From the human T2T-CHM13v2.0 reference genome, Homo sapiens: a DNA stretch of 64,000 bases. This document shows positions 63,278-64,000 of the stretch, piece after piece. The DNA lies in NCBI RefSeq assembly GCF_009914755.1, contig NC_060926.1. One strand, 5' to 3'. The translations under genes and the position numbers were made by a program. Every line of letters begins with the position of its first letter. Position 1 is the first letter of the stretch. Below the pieces are notes generated by a model. It ran no database searches, was not told the DNA's origin, and saw only the letters and a list, made by a program, of their open reading frames with translations.

Positions 63278-64000
63278 GGTTCAAATTCTAACTGCAATTT
63301 ACTAGCCGTGTGAAATCTAGAGTTACTTATTTACCCTCTCTGTGCCTCTGTTTTCTTATTTGTTAAAGTGAGAATGTAAATGATGGTACCTATCTCATTA
63401 TGTTGTTAGAAGGATTAAGTTAATCCATGTAAAGAGCTGGAAATATAACTATTGTAATGTTATATTTATTTCAGTTAATCTCAGATTTAAAACAAACTGA
63501 AAAATTCATAAAGTTGCTGTAAGGGGCAGTAAGCAGTAGAAGGGATGCATTGAGTATCCCCTTTATTACTCCCCCCTTTTCCCTATTTCACCTTCTAAAT
63601 ATTTATAATTATTATTTTGAATAGATAATACGTTTACATGGCTCAAAAATCAGAACACTATTTTAGAATATACACAGAGAAACCTCCCTTCAACCCTGGT
63701 TCCCATCGACTCCATCCCCCTTGCCTGCTACAGATAATGCTTATTAGTGTCTTCTTGTTTATCTTTTCAGTGTTTTGTGCAAATATAAACTCATATGAAT
63801 ATATAGTCTTACTCCTCCCATTTCTTATGCCAAATGTAGCATGCCAGATACAGTTGGCATAAGTTCTGTTCACTTAATCTATTCTGAAAATCTTTCTAAA
63901 TCAATAAATTAGAGATCTTCCTCATTTTTCAGCTGCTTAGTACTCTATTGCATGGATACACATAATTTATTAACCAGTTTCTTCTAGTTACATACTTTAT

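Overview
Human genomic DNA (Alu-rich, with a human-lineage AluYb8), not prokaryotic. It holds the complete DCTN1 gene (dynactin p150Glued) on the minus strand. I traced all 32 coding exons at GT/AG boundaries (CDS 50595->32059, 3837 nt, 1278 aa), plus an internal p135 start, a CpG-island upstream promoter and a probable antisense first exon (DCTN1-AS1). Downstream on the same strand are four non-coding exons that I assign to the SLC4A5 5'UTR from recalled synteny; no SLC4A5 coding sequence is in the window. Between the genes lie abutting NECAP1- and TAF13-derived processed pseudogenes. The rest is a ~1.9 kb G/T-rich minisatellite and many Alu/L1/L2/MIR/MER repeats. I found no convincing new multi-gene system. 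The best leads are local: a possibly chimeric NECAP1-TAF13 retrocopy, a near-perfect inverted copy of an ancient MIR segment, an Alu TSD that duplicates a splice donor, and candidate unannotated DCTN1 micro/poison exons. Repeat boundaries and TSSs are approximate, and family names come from memory, not database searches.
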